Below are positions 41,388 through 52,452 of a stretch of DNA of 64,000 nt, one piece after another. The first letter of the stretch is position 1; each line of letters begins with the position of its first letter. Origin of the DNA: Antedon mediterranea (taxonomy: Eukaryota > Animalia > Echinodermata); NCBI RefSeq assembly GCF_964355755.1, contig NC_092672.1:8060001-8124000 (forward strand), given 5' to 3'. The position numbers were made by a program, and so were the translations under genes. The notes beneath the pieces are model-generated. The model had not been told where the DNA came from, searched no databases, and saw only the letters and a program-made list of their open reading frames with translations.

Positions 41388-41460
41388 CACTATTTTAATT
41401 TTCCTGTACAGATGTTTTGGTATTGAGATGAATTAATATTTAGGAGTAATTTAACACATT

Positions 41461-41533
41461 GCCCGGTTAGCTCAGTCGGTAGAGCATGAGACTCTTAATC
41501 TCAGGGTCGTGGGTTCGAGACCCACATTAAGCG
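41461..41533 (+). tRNA. tRNA-Lys(CTT) variant B
   Basis: 3' end GAGACCCACATTAAGCG. Confidence 0.65.
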
Positions 41534-41606
41534 CACTCATTTAGTTTTCCTGTACAGATGTTTTGGTATTGAGATGAATTAATATTTAGAAGTAATTTAA
41601 CACATA

Positions 41607-41679
41607 GCCCGGTTAGCTCAGTCGGTAGAGCATGAGACTCTTAATCTCAGGGTCGTGGGTTCGAGCCCCACATTGGGCG
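41607..41679 (+). tRNA. tRNA-Lys(CTT), intact
   Basis: Array consensus. Confidence 0.95.
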
Positions 41680-41751
41680 CACTATTTTTTTTCCTGTACA
41701 GAGTGGTGGTATTTTAAGATGAAGAAATATTCAGAAGTCATTTAACACGTA

Positions 41752-41824
41752 GCCCGGTTAGCTCAGTCGGTAGAGCATGAGACTTTAAATCTCAAGGTCA
41801 TGGGTTCGAGTCCCACTTTGAGCG
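41752..41824 (+). tRNA. tRNA-Lys-derived gene or pseudogene with anticodon TTA (ochre-suppressor type)
   Basis: Anticodon TTA at 41785-41787, B-box GGTTCGAGTC, acceptor mismatches. Confidence 0.6.
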
Positions 41825-41965
41825 CACTATTTTTTCTGTACAGAATATGTTGGTATTGAGATGAATTAATATTTAGAAGTCATGTAACACATAGACTGCT
41901 TATCTCGGTCGGTAGAGCATGAGACACTTATTCTAAGGGTCGTGGGTTCGCACTAGTAACAATTA

Positions 41966-42038
41966 GCCCGGTTAGCTCAGTCGGTAGAGCATGAGACTCT
42001 TAATCTCAGGGTCGTGGGTTCGAGCCCCACATTGGGCG
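41966..42038 (+). tRNA. tRNA-Lys(CTT), intact
   Basis: Array consensus. Confidence 0.95.
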
Positions 42039-42111
42039 CACTATTTTAGTTTTCCTGTACAGATATTTTGGTATTGAGATGAATTAATATTTAGAAGTCA
42101 TTTAACACATA

Positions 42112-44065
42112 GCCCGGTTAGCTCAGTCGGTAGAGCATGAGACTCTTAATCTCAGGGTCTATGATAATTGAAATTGAATTTGAACAGGGGTTGAAATTGA
42201 GCGGGGATTAGGGTATTTAACCAAGAGTAGGCCTATACAAAAATACATTGTTGAAGGCAATTTATCTTGTAAATTTTTAAAAGGGAAAGGGATGCAAACA
42301 ACGGATCTGAGTGGGCTCTTGGAGGCGAGTTTGAAATGTTTCTAATACATTTTTTTTGTAGTAAAAGAAGTTTGTTTAGGTACGACGGGTAAGTGTTCCC
42401 CCAGACAATATTGCAATAGTGGAGATAAGGAAGAATAAGGAAGCAATAGATTGTGTTTCCATATATATATATATAAACACAACAGGCATAGAAATATATA
42501 TATATATATTTGTAAATCAACAATTTCAACCTTCGGGCTGCATGTTTTTTATTGTATAAACCTGAATAAATAAAAATAGTACGAAGGATGTTTTGAGGAA
42601 TAAATGCTGAAAGCCTGAAAATGATACCAGAACTTTTAGATATTTTGTTTTCGATTTCGTTAATATGGGCTTTCCAGGTCAATCTACTATCTAAATAGAC
42701 CTCAAGAATTTTTTTTTATTCACTAATGGTATTTGGTAGGTGCCAAACTGGAGTTGGTTTGGGCATCCTACTAGTGGTTTGGGCGAATTCCGAAAAATCA
42801 TAAAATTGCACTTCTTAAAATTTACGGAGAGCTTGTTAGCAGAAAAGTAATCAAGGATGCTGGGTATGCTATCAATGGTAACTTTAAGGAGCGAGTCTAA
42901 ATTTGTGTCAGTATGTAGGAGGGTGGTATCGTCTGCATATAAAAGGAATGAAAGTAAATTTGAGGATCGGTAAATATCATTTAATAGCAAGAACAGCAGA
43001 GGGCCTAACAGGGATCCTTGAGGGACTCCACATGTAATGGGTTGGAGATCGGATATGGATTGTTTAAATTTAGTGCATTGGTAACGGTTGGTCAGATAAC
43101 TTTTATAAAGATTATACGCAGGGCCACGGATTCCATAATTAAATAATTTTGTCATTAGGATATCATGGTCTATTGTGTCAAATGCTTTGGAAAGATCGAT
43201 AAAAAGGCCAATTGCTAATTTGTTTTTTTTCAAATGCTTATACAATCTCGTTTGTTAATTTAAGAAGTGCAATAGATGTGTTATGATCCTTACGGAAGCC
43301 AAATTGATTTTTGTATAATATGTTTTTCTGCTGAAGAAATGTATATGTTCTGTCATAAATAAGACGTTCAAGAATTTTGGAGAAGATTGGCAGTACTGAA
43401 ATGGGGCGGTAATTTCCAGGGTCGTGTTTATCACCGGATTTGAAGATCGGGGTAACTTTTGCTAACTTGAGACTATCGGGAAAGAAACCGTTTGATAAAC
43501 ATAAGTTAAAAATATAGCATAGGGGATCTGATATTTGATGAATAACTTGTTTGATAATAGATGGACTTATATCATCAATGCCAGGGGATTTGTCATTTTT
43601 GAAATTTTTAACTAAGTCGATTATCTCATCGCTGATAACAGGACTGAGAAATATAGAATTTAGGATAGGAGGGGGAAGATAAGTTTTGTAGTTTACATTA
43701 GAAGTATGTATGTTTGATGTGAGATTAGGCCCAATATTTACGAAATAATTATTAAAGTGGTTGGAAATGGTAGTAGGGTCATCTGTAAGATTACCCCCGC
43801 AGTCAATTACAGCTTCACCGTGATCACTCACTACACGTTTTTTAATTAAGGTGTTTATAATTTTCCAAGTACCTTTAATGTCATCTCTTTTTTGGTAAAA
43901 TTGATCTTCATAATAATCATTTTTAGCTTTTTTTATTACAGAATTTAGTTTATTTCGAAATTTTTTGTATTCAATTATATTTCTATTAGTTGGGAATTTT
44001 AGAGATTTAGAGTACAGTTTATGTTTATGTTTGACGGAAGTTATGTTCGAGCCCCACATTGGGCG
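42112..44065 (+). pseudogene. tRNA-Lys(CTT) split by a LINE insertion: nt 1-48 at 42112-42159 and nt 53-73 at 44045-44065
   Basis: ...CTCAGGGTC| insert |GTTCGAGCCCCACATTGGGCG, with GTGG lost. Confidence 0.9.
42160..44044 (-). mobile_element. Non-LTR retrotransposon ORF2 reverse-transcriptase fragment (CR1/L2 group, Crack/Daphne-like), frameshifted and truncated at both ends
   Basis: ORFs 43238-44068, 42691-43245 and 42233-42682 carry the motifs KSPGIDDI, NYRPISVLP, QFGFRK, DLSKAFDTIDH, GVPQGSLLGPLLF and YADDT. Confidence 0.95.
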
Positions 44066-44127
44066 CACTATTTTAGTTTTCCTGTACAGATATTTTGGTA
44101 TTGAGATGAATTAATATTTAACACATA

Positions 44128-44200
44128 GCCCGGTTAGCTCAGTCGGTAGAGCATGAGACTCTTAATCTCAGGGTCGTGGGTTCGAGCCTCACATTCGGCG
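44128..44200 (+). tRNA. tRNA-Lys(CTT) terminal variant
   Basis: 3' end GAGCCTCACATTCGGCG followed by CCCATTTTT. Confidence 0.75.
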
Positions 44201-44252
44201 CCCATTTTTAGTTAAGCTTGCGTAAGTCACGTGTACGTGTGACCGTACCCTA

Positions 44253-44522
44253 AAGCCTGGTTTCCATTAAAATCGCTACAGCGTTTCCATTAAAATCGCT
44301 ACACGCGCAGATGTTGCCGACGCAATCGGGAAGGCTCCCCGATTCATCGCAGTCAAATCGGCAAAGTTCAACCATGTTCAACTTTGCCGATTTTGTCGGC
44401 GATGAATAGTATACGCGTACCAAAGAATATTTAGCGCTCGCATACTAGATCCCCGATAAATTCTAGCGTTTCCACAGAATCGCTACGCTCTGTCGTGTAG
44501 CGATTTTATGGAAACCAGGCTT
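44253..44522. mobile_element. PIF/Harbinger-like MITE
   Basis: TIR AAGCCTGGTTTCCATTAAAATCGCTAC ... GTAGCGATTTTATGGAAACCAGGCTT. Confidence 0.8.
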
Positions 44523-45743
44523 TGGTTCATAAACGTTTAAAAATGCTACAAACGGTCTGAGGCGGATCTGAATATTTTTGATGTTTTTTACCGTTGAACA
44601 CGATCTAAATAACACCACCGACCTATTAACACTTACCGCAATAATCAAATCACCGAATACAAAAAAAATAGATATTTAATGTAGGCTATGGGTCACAGTG
44701 AATTGAGAGTGGAATTAATTTTCAAAGACATTTAAAAACAACATTAGGCCTACAAGTCATACGAAATACACAAAACATAATATAGGTGTTTTTATTCAAC
44801 TTTGAATATGTTTATCCCGACGTCTTCCATTTCTGGAAGCCTGCGGGTCTACTTTACAGAGGCCTAGTTTATGTTTAATTAAGTATATTTTGAGAAACTT
44901 GAAAAAATAAAACTGTTCTATTTCTAAAAGCAAAATATGTATTTTGTATTTTGATATTTCGATATGTATTGTGACCTAATTTGGCAAACACGTAATGGTA
45001 GCCTACCAACATAACCGGTTATTATGTTCATTATTTTATTTATTACATTTAACTTTATTGTAGGTAGATGACCGAACTGCATCAACAACCCCACTAAATG
45101 TTAGAATTGATTTATTGTACTATTTGCATCTTTTGTTAAAGAAATTATTCCACATAGGCTTAATATAAAATATATATGCGCAAACCGCCAACAGATTTAG
45201 TGTGCCTTTTTGCAAAAAAAAAAACTGTTTCGAGAATGTGTTTTTCCCGGAAAATTGGAAAAACGTGTGATATGCCTACTAGAATGACACTGATAATTGT
45301 TTGTCAATACTAATAAGTTATTGAACTTGAAACGAGATTTGTTGTGGTCATATTGAACAACACTGGTGTCTTTTTGTGAATTATGAAAAAAACAACTAGT
45401 CAATGTATTGTGATTAGTGGTCGTAGCGAACACTATTATGACATGATTAATGTATTAACATGCTTATCCGAACCGTATAACTCTTCCCTGATATACTATG
45501 TAGATGTTGTATAGGCCTAATTATTGTATAATAATAATATAAGGACCGTGAAACGCCGTCTAACGCAATATTTGCGCGAATGAACATTATCATAATAAAT
45601 CGATGTTGTTCATTGCATAAACCTTAGGCCTACAATACAATATTTATACTGAAATTCTTGACAAGGCAGGCCTAACAAAATGTCACCACACGCAGGTAAA
45701 AAATCGCTTTGAGGTAGGCCTATCGTGTAAGGTTATACTTTTA

Positions 45744-45758
45744 TAGCGCCCTCTGCAA
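45744..45758. promoter_or_regulatory. CTCF-like motif
   Basis: TAGCGCCCTCTGCAA, matched by eye. Confidence 0.35.
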
Positions 45759-45980
45759 CATTCCGACTACAAAACTTTTACCAAAAGGAGATATGGATGA
45801 TAAAAATAGGTGTTTATTTTCAATTTTAGTTATTTTTTTTGACGAAATAGTCTCTACTTAAGATCAACACAAAATACCAAAATAAATATTATAAAACGCC
45901 CACTGATTAGTAGGCCACCGTTTACTGCAACATTTCTAAATGGTTTCGTATCATCTGCATCTGTATGCAATGTTATAACG

Positions 45981-46245
45981 ATTGATTGAAATTGATTGAT
46001 TGAAATTTATATTTATACTGGGTGACCTCTTCAGTCAAAGACTGGTCTCCCAGAGGGCCCAGTTGGTGATCAGTGGCTGTGATGTACTAATACACCGGGG
46101 TAACCCCCTACTCGTCTCGAAAGATGTACTAGGTTCTTTAAAGTGCACACGAGAGCTAGATGTGTACACTAGACCTACGGTTTATAGTCCTTATCCGAGA
46201 AGACTCGTTCTACCACCAGAACCATGGATTACCGGTGATACACAT
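45981..46245 (-). mobile_element. 5'-truncated Nin/Deu-domain SINE with a LINE-derived tail
   Basis: Minus strand TCTTCTCGGATAAGGACTATAAACCGTAGGTC core; tail CTGGGCCCTCTGGGAGACCAGTC...CCCAGTATAAAT followed by (TCAA)n. Confidence 0.7.
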
Positions 46246-46517
46246 CTATACATTTAAAATATTTTAAACTGACGTCATTCATTATTGATGACGTTACATT
46301 TTGATAGCTATTTATTTCACTATTATATTTGTTGTAATATTATTGTTGTAGTTAATATATTCTAAAACATCTTAATTAATGAAAATAAATCTTCAACACT
46401 TTAAAACTAGCGTTATTTATAAATAGTATTACTTAAACCTCTCCATATATGAAATTACATTCAATAGCATAGAATAAGTTAATAAACTTAATAATAAATA
46501 TAAATAACTCCCGTAGT

Positions 46518-46676
46518 TAAACTTGGTTTCCACTTGAGACGAAACACAAAGACGTAAGTCTCAACGTAAGCGAATTGACCAATCAAAAACGATGGAATTG
46601 TCGCCTGTGATTGGTGAATTCGCTTGCATTGCTGCTTATGTCCTTGCGTTGCGTCCTAATGGGAATCAAGCTTTAG
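46518..46676. mobile_element. Harbinger-like MITE, same family as 55045-55890
   Basis: AAACTTGGTTTCCAC ... ATGGGAATCAAGCTTT with GACCAATCA / TGATTGGT inside. Confidence 0.65.
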
Positions 46677-46914
46677 CTATAGTAATATGGTTATAAAAAA
46701 CAATTTTAAAATATTAAGTCTACATAGTATAAAACTTGGTACGTTTCATTTTAATATTTCTACTAATTATCGTTATCATCCTAAAACTTCTCACTTCGTA
46801 GTTTTTTATACTAGTCCATGGTGTACATGAGCTAAAAACAAACAGCAGAAATTCAAACTTAACGAAATTAAGAAAAGAACGGTATTTGTTAATTCATAAA
46901 CCATCTAGATAACT

Positions 46915-49160
46915 TCAACTTGATATATCCGCTCTATCAACGTTCACTTCATTTATTAAAATCGTACTGGATCCTGTATCATCTGCTTTTTTCATTAGGT
47001 AGTTATACATGACAACGGCGGGAACCATAATAACTAAACCAAGCAGTGTAAACCCGGTCGCTAAGTTGAATACAGGATGCCAATGGAAACTAGGTTCTGA
47101 TTTAAAAAACGTCCAGAAGATCGCTCCACATGGGGTCACGAGTGATTGGACAATGACCAGATATATCGCGCCTTCTGCAAAGCGCACAAGTAAGATGTTG
47201 AACAGAGTTGCAAGGCAGTAGGAAACCATGAGAAGTAAGGATAGATAGGTGGCGCTATGACACTCTGGGTCTTGACCATACATGCATTTTGCGCCGGAGA
47301 CAAAATGGTCCCAAAATTCCGAAGGATTGCTAGCCTGCAAAAAAAAAAAAAAAATACACGCACATTACTATCTAATAAAATGGTATGCCTATTGTGTTGT
47401 TGATTTTAGGTAGGCCTATAATGTAAAACGGTATTTCTATTTATGGATATATTTCAATGAAAAGAATGTTTAAGAAATTGAATACTAACAGCGCCAAATC
47501 CAGGGATAAAATTCGTCCAAAATAAAAGAAGTATAAAAACAAAATTGTAGAGTTGTATCCAAGCTAGAAATATAAACGATTCGGTCTGGAATAAAAATAA
47601 AATTAGAAATTAGAATTATTCCTATTATTAACCATTATAGTGAACAAATAAATATTAATATTACTGTAATCTATTTTGTTGCGCAGATTCACTTCGTCAA
47701 TATCAGGCAAACGGTTTTATTTTACAGATATTTATTTGTAATCTTATTTTCTCTTTCGTCGCAGGTGAGCTTTTGTATAATGATATAAGATATTTGTTCA
47801 ATTTAGACCTAAATTCCCGAAACGGTTCGCTAAAATGTAACGGTCTATTCTATGCCATTTTGTTTTCTTTCGATTAATAACGCAGATCTGGGTGACGATC
47901 GTGGTTAATGTGCTTCAGTGACAATATAGCAATGCTGCGATAAGTCTATTGTTTTATAATATTAGTATTAATATGTACAGTAAATAGAATCAGCAATTGA
48001 ACAAACGAAGCCTGGAATCATATATTGAGAAGAAATGAAAGATTGTGCATTTGTTCTCTCTTAGATTAGGCCTACTCATTATATTTATCTTATGTCTACT
48101 ACAAATACTGATCTCATTACTATAAGCTTGGAAAATATTTATATTTTGTTTATTTAAACGCAGCACAGAATTGTACAGGCCTATCTGTTTTTATTTTGGC
48201 CAAAGACCTTATGTTATGTAATGATTCAATATTTCTTGGATTTTTCAAAGGAAGAATAACAAACTTACATCGTCTTTCTTCAGCTCTTTCTCTATGACTA
48301 CATTGTAAATACCAAACGGTAGGAACGACAGTGCAAAAAGAAAAGGCCACATTACACGTGTGCCAGAGCTGCTCGATTCGGACGACGATGACGTTGATTG
48401 GTCCACATTGAATATAACTGGCTCAAGTGAGATGAATACACCAATCAAAACCACGACTGTACACACCAGACGTCCCTTTCCAACACCTACATTTAAATCA
48501 TAATAAAATTAATATTGTCAAAATACAGTTTTATATGTCCGGTTCAGACTTATTTATAATATTATAGTGGACATTCGTCGTCGTCGTCCACGCCTTACAT
48601 TTGTACATCCGTTTTGTCAAACATCAAATAAATGTATTCGACCTACCTTTACGCAGAATTATGTATCGACACACTACGGTGAATGGAATAATTGACGTAC
48701 TCAGCACGGCCTGTAGTTCTGGTGCCGTACGCGTAGGATCGCTTGCGTAAACCATTAATATACCACTAGTAGAAGTCAGCGCACCGCAAAGTACCATTGT
48801 GCGTTGCGGCACAGAGGAACGCATCGACGAACATCCTTGACACCAACTATTCAGGAATACTATACTAAAAAATACGAACGGGAACCAGAACGAAGAAAGA
48901 AAAAGAACAGGGTATTCGTCCACTCGATTTGTACCGTTAGTGTTAGTTTTATCCATAGATTCGGAATAAATCGGCAGGCTGACGTTCATAGCGACGTTTG
49001 TTATTACCGTCATAACTGTCAAAAATACGTTTAGACCACGTTTGGAAATAATGGCCTGTTTCGTGCCTCGTATCGGTAGACGGTACTCAAATGTAAAATG
49101 ACTTTCTTTCTTAAATTCATTGTCGTTGGGCGGAAGAAGCCGAGTATATCCCGTTTCCAT
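46915..49160 (-). CDS. CRT-like (chloroquine resistance transporter / CLT family, DMT superfamily) membrane transporter, copy 1, about 415 aa
   Basis: Coding exons 49160-48647, 48486-48269, 47585-47490 and 47334-46915 have GT-AG boundaries and join in frame. The protein has multiple TM segments and the motif RTAPELQAVLSTSIIPFTV, which resembles CRT homologs. A likely non-coding exon 1 donor lies near 49676. Confidence 0.85.
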
Positions 49161-51335
49161 TGCGCGGTATCAAGCGGCATACAAACGCGTATCTGAAATT
49201 AGAAAACAGGCTTACTGTAGTAAAAGGAGGCCTATAGCCTTTTCATATCATACACCTAAAGCAACGAATATTATACGTAATTGGCGCGTAATTGTTTAGC
49301 TTAACATATAATTCCTTATCACAAAAAAGATATTCTGTTCAACATCAATAGATGACCTTACGTTACGTTCAAAAACTCCTATTCATTACGAAATAGCAAG
49401 TCATCGTGACGTAATGATTTTCTATATCAGAACCATTGTGAATTGAAGCATATTGTCTAATGCACTACAAATATTGGCTGAACACTGTGACAGATTGCGA
49501 TTAAAAATACAAATTTACATAAGGATACCATGTCGAAGAAGTTAACATTGACCATGGTGGTTTACAGATGGAGGTACAGCCACGTGAATCGCTAGGCCTG
49601 CGATATAATATTATCTTCATGGCTCCATGTTATGATCTACTAAGACAGTTACATGTAAAATAGTATTGTTCGTTACCTGTTAGTGTTAGTAGTACTAGCA
49701 ATCGTGATTCTTTATCGCTAAACTTTGACGATTCACGTACCTTGTATACTGCTCTGTGTGTGAGAGAAAGGGCATTGTTTAGGTGTTTGGCTTAGCAGGC
49801 CTACTGTATGTCATATGACAGTAAAATATAGCTGTAGGCCTAAATATAAACTTGTTAAATATTGGTATTATCTGAATCTACCGCCACAAATGGTAAAATC
49901 AAGGTCTTATAATTTAAAGACCTTGGTGAAATGCTGTGTAACTAAAAATAGATAACGATTATCCAATCAGATCAGTGCTTTCTGATTGATTCATTCATTC
50001 ATTGTACATCACTTTGCAGTTACAGTGGCACACACTATCGTTAGTGGTCCTAGCAAAATAAAACAAATGCGTAAAATAATATTAAAAGTAAAACAAAATT
50101 GAAAATAAAAATAGATAATATAGATAAACTAGACTCGATCGATCGATCAAGTAAATAAACAAAAAGAGCACAAACGTTACAATGCAAAAGAAAAAGAAAG
50201 AAAACAAATAATTATTGGTAGGTAATTAGTCATTTAAAGAAAAAACCAAGGTTCCTATATACCCAATAAGTGGTCTGATAAATGGATGATTTTTTTGTTA
50301 ATGTTCATAAAACGAAATTGTTCTTTAATCCCTAATAAAAAATCAATACACGCTTGATCATAAATAAATCATGGTCATTAGTTACTAAAAGAGTGGTGGA
50401 TCCTTACAGAAATATATGTGCAATAACACTTGACATAATATGATATACTAGGAAGAATTTAACGTTAGTATGGAATGTGTAATGTAGTATTACGGTAGGA
50501 TAAGAATAATTCAAAATTATATGAAGTGAGAGAGCAATGCTATTGATAGCCTTGGGGTGGAGAGGGCGGTGAAACGTGCGGCCGGGAGTCCCTCTCTAAC
50601 GTTGCCTTGATCTTGATGACAATTAAAGGATAACTTTACCGAGAACCATATTCTGACTTAAGATGTATACATATTATGATTTCAGAACAATTGAAAATTT
50701 GACCACTTCGCCGCGCGCGCTCGCCATACAACCGTCGACAATTGCTGTGACGTCAAGACAACCGTCGACAATTGCTGTGATGTGACGTCAAGTGTTCTTA
50801 ATAGCGAAATCTACCTCATGAGTTTTTTTCACTGTCATTAACATACAAAAGACAGGTACCCGTCATTTTAATTGCTAATTTGACCTGCATTATGCTTAAA
50901 GTTATTTGAAGAAACACTTCAATATCCAGATAGGCAAAAGAAACAATAAATTATTTAACGATTTATTTATAAAGTGTTTTTAAACAATGTTTCGCGCTTT
51001 GCAAGACTTGTCTATTGATGTAATGGCATTAACTGGAACAAGCGGAGGAAAGCAGATTACGTAGGGAAAAAATATGGAAGAAACGAAACATTTTAGCAAT
51101 CAGATGTTTGGAGTTTTTTCTGCCCACATATTTAGTATACGGAGAAGAAGAGAAGAAATAAATTTATTGAATATTAATAAATATTATAATTAATTTATGT
51201 AGAAAAAGTATTGTCAGTAATAATTGAAGTTAATTATATCACCGCTATTTTTTACTGTTACATTTTAAGCACAATATTGTTTTTCTAAAAATGGAAACAA
51301 GGTCAATGTCCGGTCATACTAATTTTCGCACGGGG

Positions 51336-52452
51336 CATGGCCCGGTAGCGATTTTTTTTTTCGTACATAAGTTGGGGACCCCCTCATGAAACGTCACAAA
51401 ATAAACATGAATAATTCATCAGTTAAATTTTCTTGTTCCGTGTGCACCCAAGCGTATAGCAACAAGAAGTGATTACACAAGTGCGGTAAGATTCTAGGCC
51501 TATCTCCGCTGTTGAAGAATAGCGGCGTTTTGTGTGGATTGTCGAAATAATCGGCCTTTAGTTTATGGTGTTTTTTAATATAATTTATTACTAAAGAATT
51601 ACGTGTTAAAATTATAGTTTCTATTGATACTATTAGGCCTAATTATTAGTCTCTAAACCCATGTTTATTCTAGTAGTAGCTGTGTGGATGTGTGTGACGT
51701 GTGTGTGTGTGTTAGGTATGACCAAAGATAGTTACACTATCTTTGGTATGACACAATCCGAGTAATAAGACAGCAAAATTAAACAATAAACATTACACAA
51801 AAATACATTTTTTTATTCTCGTGGGTCAAATCTTCCCATCTCATGTGTTCATATACGCGCATTTTTAAAGTTCCTTTGAGTACATTGCATATTGTTTGAT
51901 AATTGATAGCAGAATTTAAAAAATACAGTACACAAATTATACACATTCTTTATTCTTGTGGGTCTAAGCTTTCTTTGGGCTATGTCCAAGAACGCTTGGG
52001 TGCACACGGAACAACAACTGCGATACGATTCTTTCTACAATAATAGGACTAGTATAGGATTCTAGGTCAATTCACGTGATTGCCTTCGCGCACTCTTCTT
52101 CACACACACGTCCACTATGCAAAATGTGTCGAGGCTAATCGACAGCTAGGCAAAACATTAAACTAAGTAGTAATTGGACATAGCCCAAAGACACAAGTCA
52201 CACACACCCACACAGCTACTACTAGAATATACAGGGGTTTAGAGACACACAAAACTCCGCTATTCTATTATGAAATCAGCGGAGATAGGCCTAGAATCGT
52301 ACCGCACTTGTGTAATCACTTCTTGTTGCTATACGCTTGGGTGCACACGGAACAAGAAAATTTAACTGATGAATTATTCATGTTTATTTTGTGACGTTTC
52401 ACGATGGGGTCCCCAACTTATGTACGAAAAAAAAAATCGCTACCGGGCCGTG
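51336..52452. mobile_element. Non-autonomous foldback DNA transposon with 176-bp TIRs and CA(C/T)GG termini (CMC/Chapaev-like)
   Basis: CATGGCCCGGTAGCGATTTT...AAAATCGCTACCGGGCCGTG; TIRs at 51336-51511 and 52277-52452. Confidence 0.75.

Larger units (their letters stand above)
37813..44200 (+). repeat. Tandem tRNA-Lys(CTT) gene array: 34 copies (26 full length, 6 3'-truncated, 1 anticodon-arm deleted, 1 split by a LINE) plus an acceptor-stem remnant
   Basis: The 146-bp unit is a 73-nt tRNA plus a 73-nt spacer with an oligo-T terminator. Copies were counted by hand. Confidence 0.97.

Noticed and set aside
43238-44068. ORF start MRPMWGSN as a real LINE or host protein N-terminus
   Set aside because: It is the antisense reading of the tRNA 3' half fused to the truncated LINE.
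37813-44200. CRISPR-like repeat-spacer appearance
   Set aside because: The repeats are tRNA genes, the spacers are themselves repeated, the context is eukaryotic and no cas genes are present.
46915-46917. TGA as selenocysteine
   Set aside because: The paralog has Arg rather than Cys at this position and no SECIS was recognised; the downstream hairpin is a MITE.
47241-47258. CTCF-like ATAGGTGGCGCT in the last exons of both CRT-like genes
   Set aside because: It is explained by the coding sequence (SATYL) and has no independent support.
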